A stretch of 32,000 bases of DNA from Ferroglobus placidus DSM 10642 (GTDB taxonomy: Archaea > Halobacteriota > Archaeoglobi > Archaeoglobales > Archaeoglobaceae): the NCBI RefSeq assembly GCF_000025505.1, contig NC_013849.1, forward strand, positions 870,001 to 902,000, given 5' to 3'. Positions 23,074-32,000 of the stretch are shown here, one piece after another. The translations under genes were made by a program, and so were the position numbers. Within the stretch, counting starts at the first letter, position 1; each line of letters begins with the position of its first letter. The notes under the pieces were generated by a model. That model worked only from the letters and a program-made list of their open reading frames with translations. It was not told the origin of the DNA and ran no database searches.

Positions 23074-24186
23074 ATGAATATACCCCTCCTAATAATCGCT
23101 TTCGTTTCGAAGTATCTAAAAACCTGGGAAATCGTAGGGGTAACTCTCTCCCTCTTAATCTATTCCACGTACAGAGCAAAATCGCTGAAAGATGAGAAAT
23201 TCGTCTCTCTTCTTCTGTCGATCCCCTTCACCCTATCCACTTATCACGTATCGAAGAGCGTCGTTTTCCCCGGTTTTTTCTTGTCGTCGATTTCCGAAAG
23301 GAAATTCAAGCCCCTGACGAGGATTCTCTACTACACGCTCCTGTCCACTCTCTTTCTGTACTTCTACAAAAGTGAGTTCGCCGCTTCTACGATCTTCGTA
23401 TCGCTGACGGTTTCAACAACCCTCGTTCTGGTTGAAGAGGTAAACAACAGCGTTTTCGCTAAAATAATCGCTCCTCCAACAATATTCCTGATCTTCGAAA
23501 TTTACAGCATTCAAATAGGCTACTTCGAGCTTATCGTAGCATTTTTCGTCGCTTTAACTCTGAGCTACGTGGCTATAAAAACGAAAGTTGCCGACGTTAC
23601 CGGGTTGCTTGCAGCGATAATTACTGGCGTAATTTCAGCGATCTCCAGCATTCTTTTGTTCCTTCAACTCTTTCTTTTCTTCGCAATTGGCTCAGCGGCA
23701 ACCAAATACAAGTACGAGCTGAAAAAGCTCAGAGGCGTGGCTGAAGCGAGAGGAGGAGCGAGAGGATTCGAGAACGTTTTCGCGAACACTTTGCCGGCGA
23801 TATTCTTCGCTTTGAATTACAAGTACACAGGCGATGCGAGCTACGCTATAGCTTTTTCAGCCAGCATAGCAACCGCTTTAGGAGACACTTTGGCGAGCGA
23901 GATAGGGCAGACAGCTAATAAAGCGTACCTGATAACGAATTTTAAAGAGGTGAGGGTGGGTGAAGACGGAGCCATATCACCTCTTGGAGAGCTCGCTGCT
24001 TTTTTAGGTTGTTTGATAATCGCAGCGATATCCCTAAACCCGGTAGTGCTTTTAGCAGGATTCGTTGGAGTTCACGTAGACAGTCTGCTCGGAGCAACTC
24101 TTGAGAGAAAGAAAATTTTGAACAACGCTGGAGTAAACTTCCTCTCAACGCTTTTTGCTGGCTACCTCGCTTTTCTTCTCGCGTAG
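23074..24186 (+). CDS. DUF92-family integral membrane protein (VTE6-like)
   Basis: 'KTKVADVTGLLAAIITGVI...FFAIGSAATKYKYELKK...ARGGARGFENVFANTLPAIFFA...FSASIATALGDTLASEIG...VGEDGAISPLGELAA'. Confidence 0.87.
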   Translation: MNIPLLIIAFVSKYLKTWEIVGVTLSLLIYSTYRAKSLKDEKFVSLLLSIPFTLSTYHVSKSVVFPGFFLSSISERKFKPLTRILYYTLLSTLFLYFYKSEFAASTIFVSLTVSTTLVLVEEVNNSVFAKIIAPPTIFLIFEIYSIQIGYFELIVAFFVALTLSYVAIKTKVADVTGLLAAIITGVISAISSILLFLQLFLFFAIGSAATKYKYELKKLRGVAEARGGARGFENVFANTLPAIFFALNYKYTGDASYAIAFSASIATALGDTLASEIGQTANKAYLITNFKEVRVGEDGAISPLGELAAFLGCLIIAAISLNPVVLLAGFVGVHVDSLLGATLERKKILNNAGVNFLSTLFAGYLAFLLA

Positions 24187-25976
24187 ATTACGAGCAATAA
24201 AGCGGCGATTAAAGAAAGCGCACTGAACCCTGGAATTTCCACACTCTTCTTTACGCTTTCGTAAATTCTCTCTCCAACGTTTTCAACGGATGGAGTCGTT
24301 TCGGGCAGCACGTACTCGCTCTTTACGAGCTCAACCTCTCTGCTGCCGGCAAGGTTAAGCATTAATTTGGCAATCCTCTCGGAAAGCTTGTAATAAATCA
24401 GCTTGTAAACACCTTCAGAAGTCTCTCCGTACTCGAAGTAAGCGATCGCCAGTATTGGCGTTACTCTCTCAGCTTCGGAAAGAGAGGCTTTCGCCGAATC
24501 TCTCGCAGCACTGATTTTCTCGTCGAGACTCTTAACGCCTATCAGCTCGATTGCGACAGCCGACTTAACCATGCTGTCTATAGAAGCGAAAATCGAGCCG
24601 AAATAGTAGCCTTGGGAGTAAAGCTTCTTTGAAAGTTCCAAGCTGCTTTCAGCGGAGTTTTCTCCGAAGAGAAGCTGAGAAAAACCTCCTATGGATTTCG
24701 AATAAACGAGCAGTGATTCGGCTGTGCTTAAGTAAAACTGAGCCCTTCTAACGACTTCCTCCTTTTTTAACGGAACGTCCTCTTTTATTTCCGGAAGAAG
24801 AGAAAGCCAGACTTTAGCGCTCTCAACTCTCTCCTTCGCAAAAGCTAAATACAACGCTGCTTCCTCGAAATTTTCTGCTGTTCTCGCTTTTTCCAGATAC
24901 TGTTCAGCTCTCCCCAATCTTTCTTCAGCCGCTCCAACAAGCTGCATAGCAATTAGTCCGTAATCCTGATTCAAGCTACTTCTCACAGCTTCTATCTCTT
25001 CTTCTATCCTCTTGACTTCCCTCTCAAAGTTCTCGTCATTTAGCGTTTTTCTGTAGATTTCCGCTCGCATGAATATGTTCGCTGTAAAGTACTGGCTCGT
25101 AGAAGTGTAGTAATTCCCCTTTTCGTAGTTCTCCTTTGCTTCTTCAAGCCTTTTGTCTATGTTTTCCTTCACATCCTTATCCGCAACTTTCTCGAATTCT
25201 GAGTATATTTTCTCGCTCCTCTCTCTCATGTAGTCCGCGAGTTTCTTAAGCAAGTAGGAGTACTGGCTCAGATCTATCTTTCCCTCGCTCCTCCTTATCT
25301 CGTATCCCGTGAAGTACTTCAAAGCTTCGTTGACTGTCTCAACCTCAATTACCGTTACTCCAAGCTTTCTTCCGTAGTCCACAACGTCAACAGTTTTCGT
25401 TTCGGTCGTGATTAACACAAACGGTCCCCTCTGAATTCTCTTTGTCTCCTCAACCTCGACGTACCTCTGACCTTTAGGAATCAAAAATATCTTGGCTCCG
25501 CTTTTTGCAGCTGCTTCAAGCTTGTAGGGAATTCCGCCAACAGGTCCTATGAATCCGTCCGGATATATCATCCCGGTCATGAACACGTCTTCCCTTATCG
25601 GTAGATCGAGAAGAGCTGCTATTGTTGCTACGGTCATGACTCCACTAGCCGAAGGACCGCCAACAATTGGAGCTTCAGCCTCGATTATGTAGAAGAAGTC
25701 GTACTTCAAAAAGTCCTTACCAGTTAAGTCGCAAGCTGTCAAAGCTGCGAGCTGAGCGCTCCCCTGCATGTCTATTTCGGTGTAAGGCAATGTTGAGACG
25801 AAGACTCTTCCGTTTCCCGGAGTGACTATTACAGTTATGTTTATCGTAGCTCCTCTGTTCTCTCCGCTAACAACAGCCACAGCCTTTATTGTTTTTTGAG
25901 TAGCGTTCACGAACTCGGCTGAAGATATTGGCAAAAGGAGAAGCAGCAAAGCTATCAGCGCGAACGGCTTTTTCAT
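24162..25976 (-). CDS. Secreted/membrane-anchored archaeal S16 (Lon-like) serine protease without AAA domain
   Basis: N-terminal signal 'MKKPFALIALLLLLLPISSAE'; S16 motifs 'VGGPSASGVMTVATIAALL' (Ser) and 'GFIGPVGGIPYKLEAAAKSGAKIFLIPKG' (Lys); C-terminal 'PGFSALSLIAALLLVIYARRKAR'. Confidence 0.87.
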   Translation of the reverse strand: MKKPFALIALLLLLLPISSAEFVNATQKTIKAVAVVSGENRGATINITVIVTPGNGRVFVSTLPYTEIDMQGSAQLAALTACDLTGKDFLKYDFFYIIEAEAPIVGGPSASGVMTVATIAALLDLPIREDVFMTGMIYPDGFIGPVGGIPYKLEAAAKSGAKIFLIPKGQRYVEVEETKRIQRGPFVLITTETKTVDVVDYGRKLGVTVIEVETVNEALKYFTGYEIRRSEGKIDLSQYSYLLKKLADYMRERSEKIYSEFEKVADKDVKENIDKRLEEAKENYEKGNYYTSTSQYFTANIFMRAEIYRKTLNDENFEREVKRIEEEIEAVRSSLNQDYGLIAMQLVGAAEERLGRAEQYLEKARTAENFEEAALYLAFAKERVESAKVWLSLLPEIKEDVPLKKEEVVRRAQFYLSTAESLLVYSKSIGGFSQLLFGENSAESSLELSKKLYSQGYYFGSIFASIDSMVKSAVAIELIGVKSLDEKISAARDSAKASLSEAERVTPILAIAYFEYGETSEGVYKLIYYKLSERIAKLMLNLAGSREVELVKSEYVLPETTPSVENVGERIYESVKKSVEIPGFSALSLIAALLLVIYARRKAR

Positions 25977-26032
25977 AGTTATAGAACGATTTGAGGGAAA
26001 AAAATTTTACTATTCCCACCTTTTTCTTATCG

Positions 26033-27706
26033 ATGATACTGCTCGTTGACCTGAAAAGAAAGAAAATCGAAGAAATTAAAGAGAAAAGATTTCCCGGAGG
26101 AAAGGGGCTTGGGTTTTACCTTCTGGAAAAATTTCTTAGCTTCGAAGCCGAGCCGCTGGATGAGAGGGTGATAATCTTCTCAGTCGGTCCGCTGACTGGC
26201 TTAAAAATGAGCGGGTTGGCGAGGTGCGAAGCTATTTTCAGATCTCCCCTAACCGGATTTATTGCCGAATCTAACTGCGGAGGATACTTCGGAGCGGAAA
26301 TGGCAAAGGCTGGATACGAAGCTATAGTAATTAAAGGAGAGGCGGAAAAGCCAAGCCTTCTCGTCGTCGACAACGAAAAAGTTGAGATAGCTAATGCTGA
26401 AGACCTCTGGGGTTTGGACACCTTCTCAACGGAGGACGAGATAAAAAGGGAGTTTGGAAGGAAGTTTCAAGTGGCTTGTATAGGCTTAGCCGGAGAAAAC
26501 CTCGTCAGATTCGCAAGCATAGAGCATGCAAAAGGAAGAGAGTTCGGGAGGTGCGGCGGAGGAGCTGTGATGGGGAGAATGAAACTGAAAGCCGTAGCTG
26601 TTAAAGGAGATGGTGAAGTTGAGGAGAGAGTTGCGAACTACGAAAAATACTCCGAGCTTAAAGAGGAGTTTGAAGAGAGAATAAAGAAAACTTGCGAAGG
26701 TTTAACGAGATTTGGAACGCCGAGGATAGTCTATCTTACCAACGAAACCGGAACTCTGCCGAGTTACTACTGGAGGGACGGAGAGTTCGATATCGAAGAA
26801 CTTTCTCCGGAATACTTGGAAGAGAAGTTTTACAAGAGAAGAAAAGCCTGCTACTCTTGCAGAGTTGCCTGCGGAAAGATTTCCAAGATCGACAACGAAT
26901 TTGTAGAGGGTCCCGAATACGAGACTCTTTTTGCTTTCGGAAGTCTTTGCGGGAATAAAAAAGCTGAAGTCGTCTTGAAAGCCAACCTCCTCTGCGACAA
27001 ATTCGGATTGGACACAATTTCAACGGGAAGCGTGATAGCCTACTTAATGAGCTTGAAAAAAGCTGAGTTCGGAGACGAAAAATTCATTCTCGAAACGATA
27101 GAAAGAATGGCGAGGAGAGAGGGAATAGGAAACTTACTTGCTGAAGGAATAAAAAGAGTCAGCGAAAAATTCGGAGTCGAGGGGGCTGAGGTGAAAGGGC
27201 TTGATTTACCCGGCTACGATCCAAGAGGACTTTTAGGAATGGCTTTGGGATATGCTGTTTGCTACAGAGGGGGATGCCACATAAAAAGCGTGATCTACCG
27301 TCCGAATTTAAGCGGATACGTTGATAGATTCAGCTACGAAAATCAAGCCGAGCTTCTGGTGAAGCTCGAAAACTTCTACGCCTTTGCCGACTGCTTGGTT
27401 TTGTGCAGATTCGTTTCTCTCCCGCAAGTCGGTCCGATACTTGAAGAGGAAGTTAAGGAGCTTTACAACGCCGTCACTGGAGAGGAGCTGGAGGTCGAGG
27501 ACATCTACAAAGTCGGAGCTGAAGTTATAAATCTCGCGAGGCAGATCAACGTCAAGCTGGGGTTAAAGAGAGAAGACGACAGCTTGCCGAACTTCTTCTT
27601 CGAAAAACCGCTGCATAAAGGTAATTCGGCTGGAAGAAAAATAGACAGAGAGAAGTTCGAGAAAATGCTTGAAGAGTATTACAGGCTGAGAGGATGGAGC
27701 TCGTAG
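26033..27706 (+). CDS. Aldehyde ferredoxin oxidoreductase
   Basis: 'FPGGKGLGFYLLEKF', 'VGPLTGLKMSGLARCEA.FRSPLTGFIAESNCGGYFGAEMAKAGYEAIVIKG', 'GREFGRCGGGAVMGRMKLKAV'; start moved to the ATG at 26033 (MILLVDL). Confidence 0.92.
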   Translation: MILLVDLKRKKIEEIKEKRFPGGKGLGFYLLEKFLSFEAEPLDERVIIFSVGPLTGLKMSGLARCEAIFRSPLTGFIAESNCGGYFGAEMAKAGYEAIVIKGEAEKPSLLVVDNEKVEIANAEDLWGLDTFSTEDEIKREFGRKFQVACIGLAGENLVRFASIEHAKGREFGRCGGGAVMGRMKLKAVAVKGDGEVEERVANYEKYSELKEEFEERIKKTCEGLTRFGTPRIVYLTNETGTLPSYYWRDGEFDIEELSPEYLEEKFYKRRKACYSCRVACGKISKIDNEFVEGPEYETLFAFGSLCGNKKAEVVLKANLLCDKFGLDTISTGSVIAYLMSLKKAEFGDEKFILETIERMARREGIGNLLAEGIKRVSEKFGVEGAEVKGLDLPGYDPRGLLGMALGYAVCYRGGCHIKSVIYRPNLSGYVDRFSYENQAELLVKLENFYAFADCLVLCRFVSLPQVGPILEEEVKELYNAVTGEELEVEDIYKVGAEVINLARQINVKLGLKREDDSLPNFFFEKPLHKGNSAGRKIDREKFEKMLEEYYRLRGWSS

Positions 27707-28260
27707 TTTTCGACATGGACGGAACGATAATAGAGTTCAATCTTCCGATAGAGGAGATAAAGAGGAAAATCGGCGTGCAGAGAAGGATACTTGAAGAGAT
27801 TCTAAAAAGCGAGAGAAGAGAGGAGCTACTGAAAACGCTCGAAAGCTACGAGATCGAGGCTGCAAAAAACTCGAAACTTTACCCCCACTTCAAAGATTTT
27901 TTGAGTTTTCTCGAGGAAAATTACGTCGTAACAGCATTATATACGAGAAACTCAAGAAAAAGCGTTGAAATAGTATTGGAAAAGCACGACCTTTCTTTCG
28001 ATTACGTGTTCACGAGAGAAAAGGACATAAAGCCATCTCCAAAGCCGATTGTAAAGCTGATGGAAAAGAAAGGTTTGAAGAGAGAAGATGCGGTAATGAT
28101 CGGAGATTTCTACTTCGACTACCTCACAGCCAAGAACTGCGGAATTCCCTTCTGGATGGTGCTCAACAGCAGAAACGAGATTTTTTTAAAGGAGTATGAG
28201 ATAAAACCGGATCTGATTTTCAGAAATTACAGAGAACTCCTCTCGAGTTTGAAGTTGTAA
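27694..28260 (+). CDS. HAD-superfamily hydrolase
   Basis: 'LVVFDMDGTIIEFN', 'VTALYTRNSRKSVE', 'KPSPKPIVKLMEKKGLKREDAVMIGD'; overlaps the AOR end by 13 nt. Confidence 0.88.
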   Translation: MELVVFDMDGTIIEFNLPIEEIKRKIGVQRRILEEILKSERREELLKTLESYEIEAAKNSKLYPHFKDFLSFLEENYVVTALYTRNSRKSVEIVLEKHDLSFDYVFTREKDIKPSPKPIVKLMEKKGLKREDAVMIGDFYFDYLTAKNCGIPFWMVLNSRNEIFLKEYEIKPDLIFRNYRELLSSLKL

Positions 28261-28274
28261 AATTCTTTAGGTAT

Positions 28275-28293
28275 TTTGACAAACTTTGTCAAA
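28275..28293. promoter_or_regulatory. Perfect 9-1-9 inverted repeat upstream of a TATA-like box
   Basis: TTTGACAAA-C-TTTGTCAAA; TATA-like ttttaaac at about 28307-28314; gene start 28336. Confidence 0.55.
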
Positions 28294-28335
28294 TTTGATC
28301 GAATAATTTTTAAACTTTGTAAATAACAATCAAAT

Positions 28336-29268
28336 ATGAGGATTGCTATAGTAGGAGCAGGAGTGATTGGAACCATCTTCGCCTACATATTCGGAAAAGT
28401 CCACGACGTAACGCTCGTGGAAGTCGTTAAGGAGAAAGTTGACCTCTACAGAAGGGAAGGTTACACCATAATAATGCCCGACGGAAAGGAGGTTCACGTG
28501 GATGACGTGAACATAACGAACGATCCCAAGGAAGTTGGTGTCGTTGACCTCGTGCAGATTTCCGTCAAAGGCTACGCAACCGAAGCTGCAACGAAAGGAG
28601 CTCTTCCGATGATTGGAGACGAAACGATGGTTCTCTCCGTGCAGAACGGATTGGTTCACGACATTATCGCATCAGTAGTCGGAAAGGAGAAGGTTATTGC
28701 TGGAATCACAGCACACAGCGGAATGCCAGTCAAGCCAAACGTGATAAGGTACGTGGGAGGCTACGGACCTCTTCTGATCATAGGGAAGTACGACAAAAAG
28801 CCGAACGAGAGGTTTAACTGGATAGTCGAGGAGTTGAAGAAAACCGGCGAAGAAATCGTTGTCGTGGACGACATCGAGCCGGTAATATGGAAGAAGCTCG
28901 TCGCTAACGTAGCCTGCAATCCGGTTGCTGCGATAACCGGAATGACGAGCGTCGAAGCTCTGGCTTGCGAAGACACTAAGGCTCTGATAAAGATGCTGGC
29001 TGAAGAGGTCGTTGAAGTTGCCAGAGCAAAAGGAATCTATTTCCCGGAGATGGAAAACATAGCCGAATTCGTCTACGAGGCTTTTGCCGGAACGAAAGAC
29101 AACAAGGTTTCGATGCTGCAGGACGTAGAAAATAAGAGAAGAACCGAAATCGACACGTTAAACGGAGCGATAGTTAGGGAAGGAGAAAAGCTTGGCGTCG
29201 ATGTGAAGGCAAACAAAGTAATAACGCATATAGTGAAGTCCCTAGAGTTCATGTACGACAAGAGGTAG
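28336..29268 (+). CDS. 2-dehydropantoate 2-reductase family protein (ApbA/PanE-like)
   Basis: 'MRIAIVGAGVIGTIFAYIF', 'QISVKGYATEAATK', 'VQNGLVHDIIASVVG', 'VIWKKLVANVACNPVAAITG'. Confidence 0.88.
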   Translation: MRIAIVGAGVIGTIFAYIFGKVHDVTLVEVVKEKVDLYRREGYTIIMPDGKEVHVDDVNITNDPKEVGVVDLVQISVKGYATEAATKGALPMIGDETMVLSVQNGLVHDIIASVVGKEKVIAGITAHSGMPVKPNVIRYVGGYGPLLIIGKYDKKPNERFNWIVEELKKTGEEIVVVDDIEPVIWKKLVANVACNPVAAITGMTSVEALACEDTKALIKMLAEEVVEVARAKGIYFPEMENIAEFVYEAFAGTKDNKVSMLQDVENKRRTEIDTLNGAIVREGEKLGVDVKANKVITHIVKSLEFMYDKR

Positions 29269-29342
29269 CTACCTAATAATTTTTCTCTTACGATTCTTTA
29301 GGTTAACGCACCAACCATAACTCTGGAAAAGTATATATTCGT

Positions 29343-29368
29343 GTTTTCATACGTTAATGCATGAAAAC
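29343..29368. promoter_or_regulatory. Inverted repeat overlapping the vapB-like start, putative autoregulatory operator
   Basis: GTTTTCAT (29343-29350) and ATGAAAAC (29361-29368), 10-nt spacer; TATA-like gtatatatt at 29331-29339. Confidence 0.4.
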
Positions 29369-29570
29369 GATTTCAATAAGAGATGACGTTTACAAGAGGC
29401 TTGCGGAGATGAAGGAGGAGGGAGAGAGCTTCAGCGATGTGATAGAAAAGCTTCTTAAAAAGAAGAACACAAACATCAAAAAGTATTTCGGAGTTTTGAA
29501 GGACAGCGAAGTTCTCGATGAGATTGAAAAGATTTTAGAGATGAGAAGATCGGCGAGGCTTAGAATATGA
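29361..29570 (+). CDS. vapB: VapB-type antitoxin (UPF0330 family)
   Basis: 'MKTISIRDDVYKRLAEMKEEGESFSDVIEKLLKKK', coupled to a PIN-domain gene. Confidence 0.88.
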   Translation: MKTISIRDDVYKRLAEMKEEGESFSDVIEKLLKKKNTNIKKYFGVLKDSEVLDEIEKILEMRRSARLRI

Positions 29571-29956
29571 TCGTGCTCGATACAAGTTTCATCATCGATT
29601 ACTTCAGAGGTGTTGAAGCCACTTACGATTTGGTGGATGAAGAAGATGATGTAGTGACGACTACGATCACTTACCACGAGATACTGACTGGCTTAAAGAG
29701 AAAGAGGAGCAAAAAAGAGGAAAAATTCTTTAAGAGGTTCTTTTCCGAAGTCAGAATACTTCCGTTCGATGTTAAAGCTGCCGAGGAATCGAGCAATATA
29801 GCGGCAAAGCTGTTAGCAATGGGTAGAGAAATCAACGTCCTCGATGTTTTGATAGCCGGAATAGCCTTAGCAAACGGTGCCGAAAAAATAATAACGAGGG
29901 ATTCGGACTTCGAAGAGATAGCGAAATTATCGGATATCGAAGTAGTTTTTTATTAA
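29567..29956 (+). CDS. vapC: VapC-type PIN-domain toxin
   Basis: 'MIVLDTSFIIDYFRG', 'LTGLKRKRSKKEEKFFKRF', 'VLDVLIAGIALANGAEKIITRDSDFEEIAKL'. Confidence 0.92.
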   Translation: MIVLDTSFIIDYFRGVEATYDLVDEEDDVVTTTITYHEILTGLKRKRSKKEEKFFKRFFSEVRILPFDVKAAEESSNIAAKLLAMGREINVLDVLIAGIALANGAEKIITRDSDFEEIAKLSDIEVVFY

Positions 29957-30013
29957 ATATGGTTGCCCGATTGAAATTCTAAAAAAACAAAATTTAAAAT
30001 AAAAATTTAATTT

Positions 30014-30772
30014 TTATCTTCCTTTCCACTCCGGCTTTCTCTTTTCCAGAAAAGCTTTCAAACCTTCCACGGCATCTTCGCTTTTCACGAGCTGGGACAA
30101 GTAAACGTCGTTGATCACGTCGAACAACGATAGGTACTCTTTCTCCGTGGAGAATAGCAGAGCTTTCTTCGTAAGTCTTAAAGCTACGCTGCTTTTTTCA
30201 AGGAGGGAGTTCACGAAATCGTTTACGCTTTCCTCAAAATTTTCGTCCTCGAAAACTTTGTTTACAAGTCCGATCTCAAAGGCTCTTTCGGCAGTGATCG
30301 CTTCTCCGGTAAGGATTAGCTCGTAAGCATTTTTCCAACCGATCATTCTCGGCAAAAGGGCTATAGCTACCGGAGGGTAGTGAGCGAGAGTTATTTCCGG
30401 GACGCCGAGCTTAGCGTTTTTCGAAGCCAAAACGAAATCGCAAGCTATCGCGAGCTCGAACCCTCCTCCGAGGGCAAATCCCTTCACAGCTGCTACCGTT
30501 ATCGCCTTACACCTCAGAACTTTGTCTATCAGCTGAGTAAACCACCTGATCATCTCTGGAGCTTTGTCGGGGAAATGCTCCTTTATCTCAGCTCCCGCAC
30601 TAAAGCTCTTCCCTTCTCCAGAAAAAACGATCACGTCAACTCCTTCAACTTCATCGATGGCACTGATAATTTCTTTCATAGTCTCCATGTCGAGAACGTT
30701 CACTGGAGGATTCGCTATCTTTATTCTAGCAACCCTCTCATCTTTTTCCACCTTTATTTTTTTGTATTCCAT
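30014..30772 (-). CDS. Enoyl-CoA hydratase/isomerase family protein
   Basis: 'VFSGEGKSFSAGAEIKEHFP', 'AAVKGFALGGGFELAIACDFVLASKNAKLGVPEITLAHYPP'. Confidence 0.92.
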   Translation of the reverse strand: MEYKKIKVEKDERVARIKIANPPVNVLDMETMKEIISAIDEVEGVDVIVFSGEGKSFSAGAEIKEHFPDKAPEMIRWFTQLIDKVLRCKAITVAAVKGFALGGGFELAIACDFVLASKNAKLGVPEITLAHYPPVAIALLPRMIGWKNAYELILTGEAITAERAFEIGLVNKVFEDENFEESVNDFVNSLLEKSSVALRLTKKALLFSTEKEYLSLFDVINDVYLSQLVKSEDAVEGLKAFLEKRKPEWKGR

Positions 30773-30826
30773 AACCCAAGTAAGGTTTTACATACTTAAG
30801 TTTTACCAAAAAGAAAGTTTACAATG

Positions 30827-31966
30827 TCAAGTTTTTCTAACAGTTACGCTACCAACTAACGCAAAGGTGCCGGCTAAGATTAGAGGTATTCTGAAGCTTC
30901 CCGTAACGTCTGCGAGAAATCCTGCCACGCTCGGACCTATCATCTGACCGACTCCGAAGAAGAGCGTGACGAAGCCTATAGCTGCTGAAGCCGAGCTTTT
31001 TCCAGCAAGATCACCGCAGTAGGCTTGGACTAAAGGAGGAATAGCGAGCATCGACGCTCCAGCCAATATCGTTGCTAAAACAGCCATGGGTAAATTAGTC
31101 GAGAGACCGAAGAGAATGAAAGCCACACCCATAATCGTGTAGACGGAAAAAAGTGCTCTCTTCCTTCCTATAGCATCTGAAATTTTCCCCCAGAGAATCG
31201 CGCTAATTATCGACAAAATCCCGACGAGGGACCACATACCGCTTGCTATCTCGTACTCAACCCCTATTTTGATGAGGTGAGACGTGTAGAATGTCACGAA
31301 AACTATGTAGGACAGACCGAAGAAAACGTAGGAAAAGCCGAGGGTTAGAAGGCTCCTCGATCTGTATACATCTCCCACCTCTATCTTAGTTTCCGGAACG
31401 AATTCCGCCGGAGTTTCTTTGAGTTTCAAGGAAAGAACCGTGACGAACAAGCTTATTAAAGCGAGAAAAACCCATCCAGCCCTCCAGTCGTAGGAGAGAA
31501 TAACTAAAGGCAAAGTTATTCCGGCGAAGATTATTCCTACGCTCGAACCAGCGTTTATCACCCCGAGGGCAAAGCCCCTCCTCTCTATTTCGAACCATTT
31601 CGCCGCCAAGCCGACGAGACCAACGTTAACTCCAGCAGAGCCGACTCCGGTGAGAAACCTGTAGATGCTTGCGTCGAAGAATCCGGTGGAGAAGGAGGTT
31701 AAGAATAACGTTACTGTGACTAAGAAAAGAGTCGACACAACGACAATCTTCGATCCGAGCCTCGAAGCGAGATAACCTACGAAAGGAGAAAAGAGAACGT
31801 ATCCGAGGAAGTTAGCCGAAGCGATCGCTCCCATTTCCGTGTAGCTAAGATTTAAACCTTCCTTCATCGGCTCGAGGATGACCGTGTAAGCAAACCTAGC
31901 CAAACCTAACCCTACGAAAATTCCGAGTAATCCTACGATAAGGGTGTAAACTTCCTCCCTCTTCAT
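30827..31966 (-). CDS. MFS transporter (YbfB/YjiJ-like)
   Basis: 12-TM-like, 'GLGLARFAYTVILEPMKEGLNLSYTEMGAIASANFLGYVLFSPFVGYLASRLGSK', 'GKISDAIGRKRALF'. Confidence 0.85.
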   Translation of the reverse strand: MKREEVYTLIVGLLGIFVGLGLARFAYTVILEPMKEGLNLSYTEMGAIASANFLGYVLFSPFVGYLASRLGSKIVVVSTLFLVTVTLFLTSFSTGFFDASIYRFLTGVGSAGVNVGLVGLAAKWFEIERRGFALGVINAGSSVGIIFAGITLPLVILSYDWRAGWVFLALISLFVTVLSLKLKETPAEFVPETKIEVGDVYRSRSLLTLGFSYVFFGLSYIVFVTFYTSHLIKIGVEYEIASGMWSLVGILSIISAILWGKISDAIGRKRALFSVYTIMGVAFILFGLSTNLPMAVLATILAGASMLAIPPLVQAYCGDLAGKSSASAAIGFVTLFFGVGQMIGPSVAGFLADVTGSFRIPLILAGTFALVGSVTVRKT

Positions 31967-32000
31967 AACTAAAATAAAATGATTTATTATGTCTTTTTAA

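Noticed and set aside
30773-30826. TTTTAC repeats in the ECH/MFS intergenic gap as an operator
   Set aside because: Short AT-rich partial repeats with no clear symmetry; not distinguishable from background.
1-32000. CRISPR array, tRNA, rRNA or transposon
   Set aside because: No regularly spaced repeats, cloverleaf-like intergenic sequence, rRNA-like segment or transposase ORF was recognised by eye; a tRNAscan/Infernal run would be needed for a firm negative.

Overview
This 32 kb window is gene-dense and AT-rich. Protein content (methylene-H4MPT dehydrogenase, CoM-type sulfopyruvate decarboxylase, AOR, beta-oxidation enzymes, FTR1, UPF0330/VapC pair) suggests an Archaeoglobales-like euryarchaeon (Archaeoglobus/Ferroglobus/Geoglobus; inferred from protein content, no search run). 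Main blocks: (1) a partial cysteate/threonine-synthase-like gene coupled to a fused ComDE sulfopyruvate decarboxylase, an inosine/xanthosine triphosphatase and a radical SAM protein; (2) a reverse-strand 3-hydroxyacyl-CoA dehydrogenase / acyl-CoA dehydrogenase / thiolase cluster; (3) a Tat-exported, Cys-type formate dehydrogenase-N-like operon (alpha, FeS, NrfD-like) with a convergent accessory cassette (TorD-like chaperone, polyferredoxin, HxlR regulator); (4) an FTR1 iron permease divergent from a Cys-rich unknown protein, with a perfect 16-bp DtxR-like palindrome in the shared promoter; (5) purD; (6) mtd coupled to a K+ channel and a TrkA-N protein; (7) a cis-prenyltransferase-like protein with degenerate active-site motifs, a PUA protein and a bactofilin-like protein, divergent from DUF92; (8) a secreted S16 (Lon-like) protease with a PGF-CTERM-like tail; (9) AOR + HAD, a ketopantoate reductase-like gene with a palindromic operator, VapBC, enoyl-CoA hydratase and an MFS transporter. 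The strongest non-coding signal is a GC-rich island on the minus strand (about 14354-14413) that folds like an archaeal H/ACA guide RNA with a GA/GA K-loop, an ACA after the stem and its own TATA box about 24 nt upstream. Two short protein segments missed by the ORF track are also reported. No CRISPR array, tRNA, rRNA or transposon was seen.
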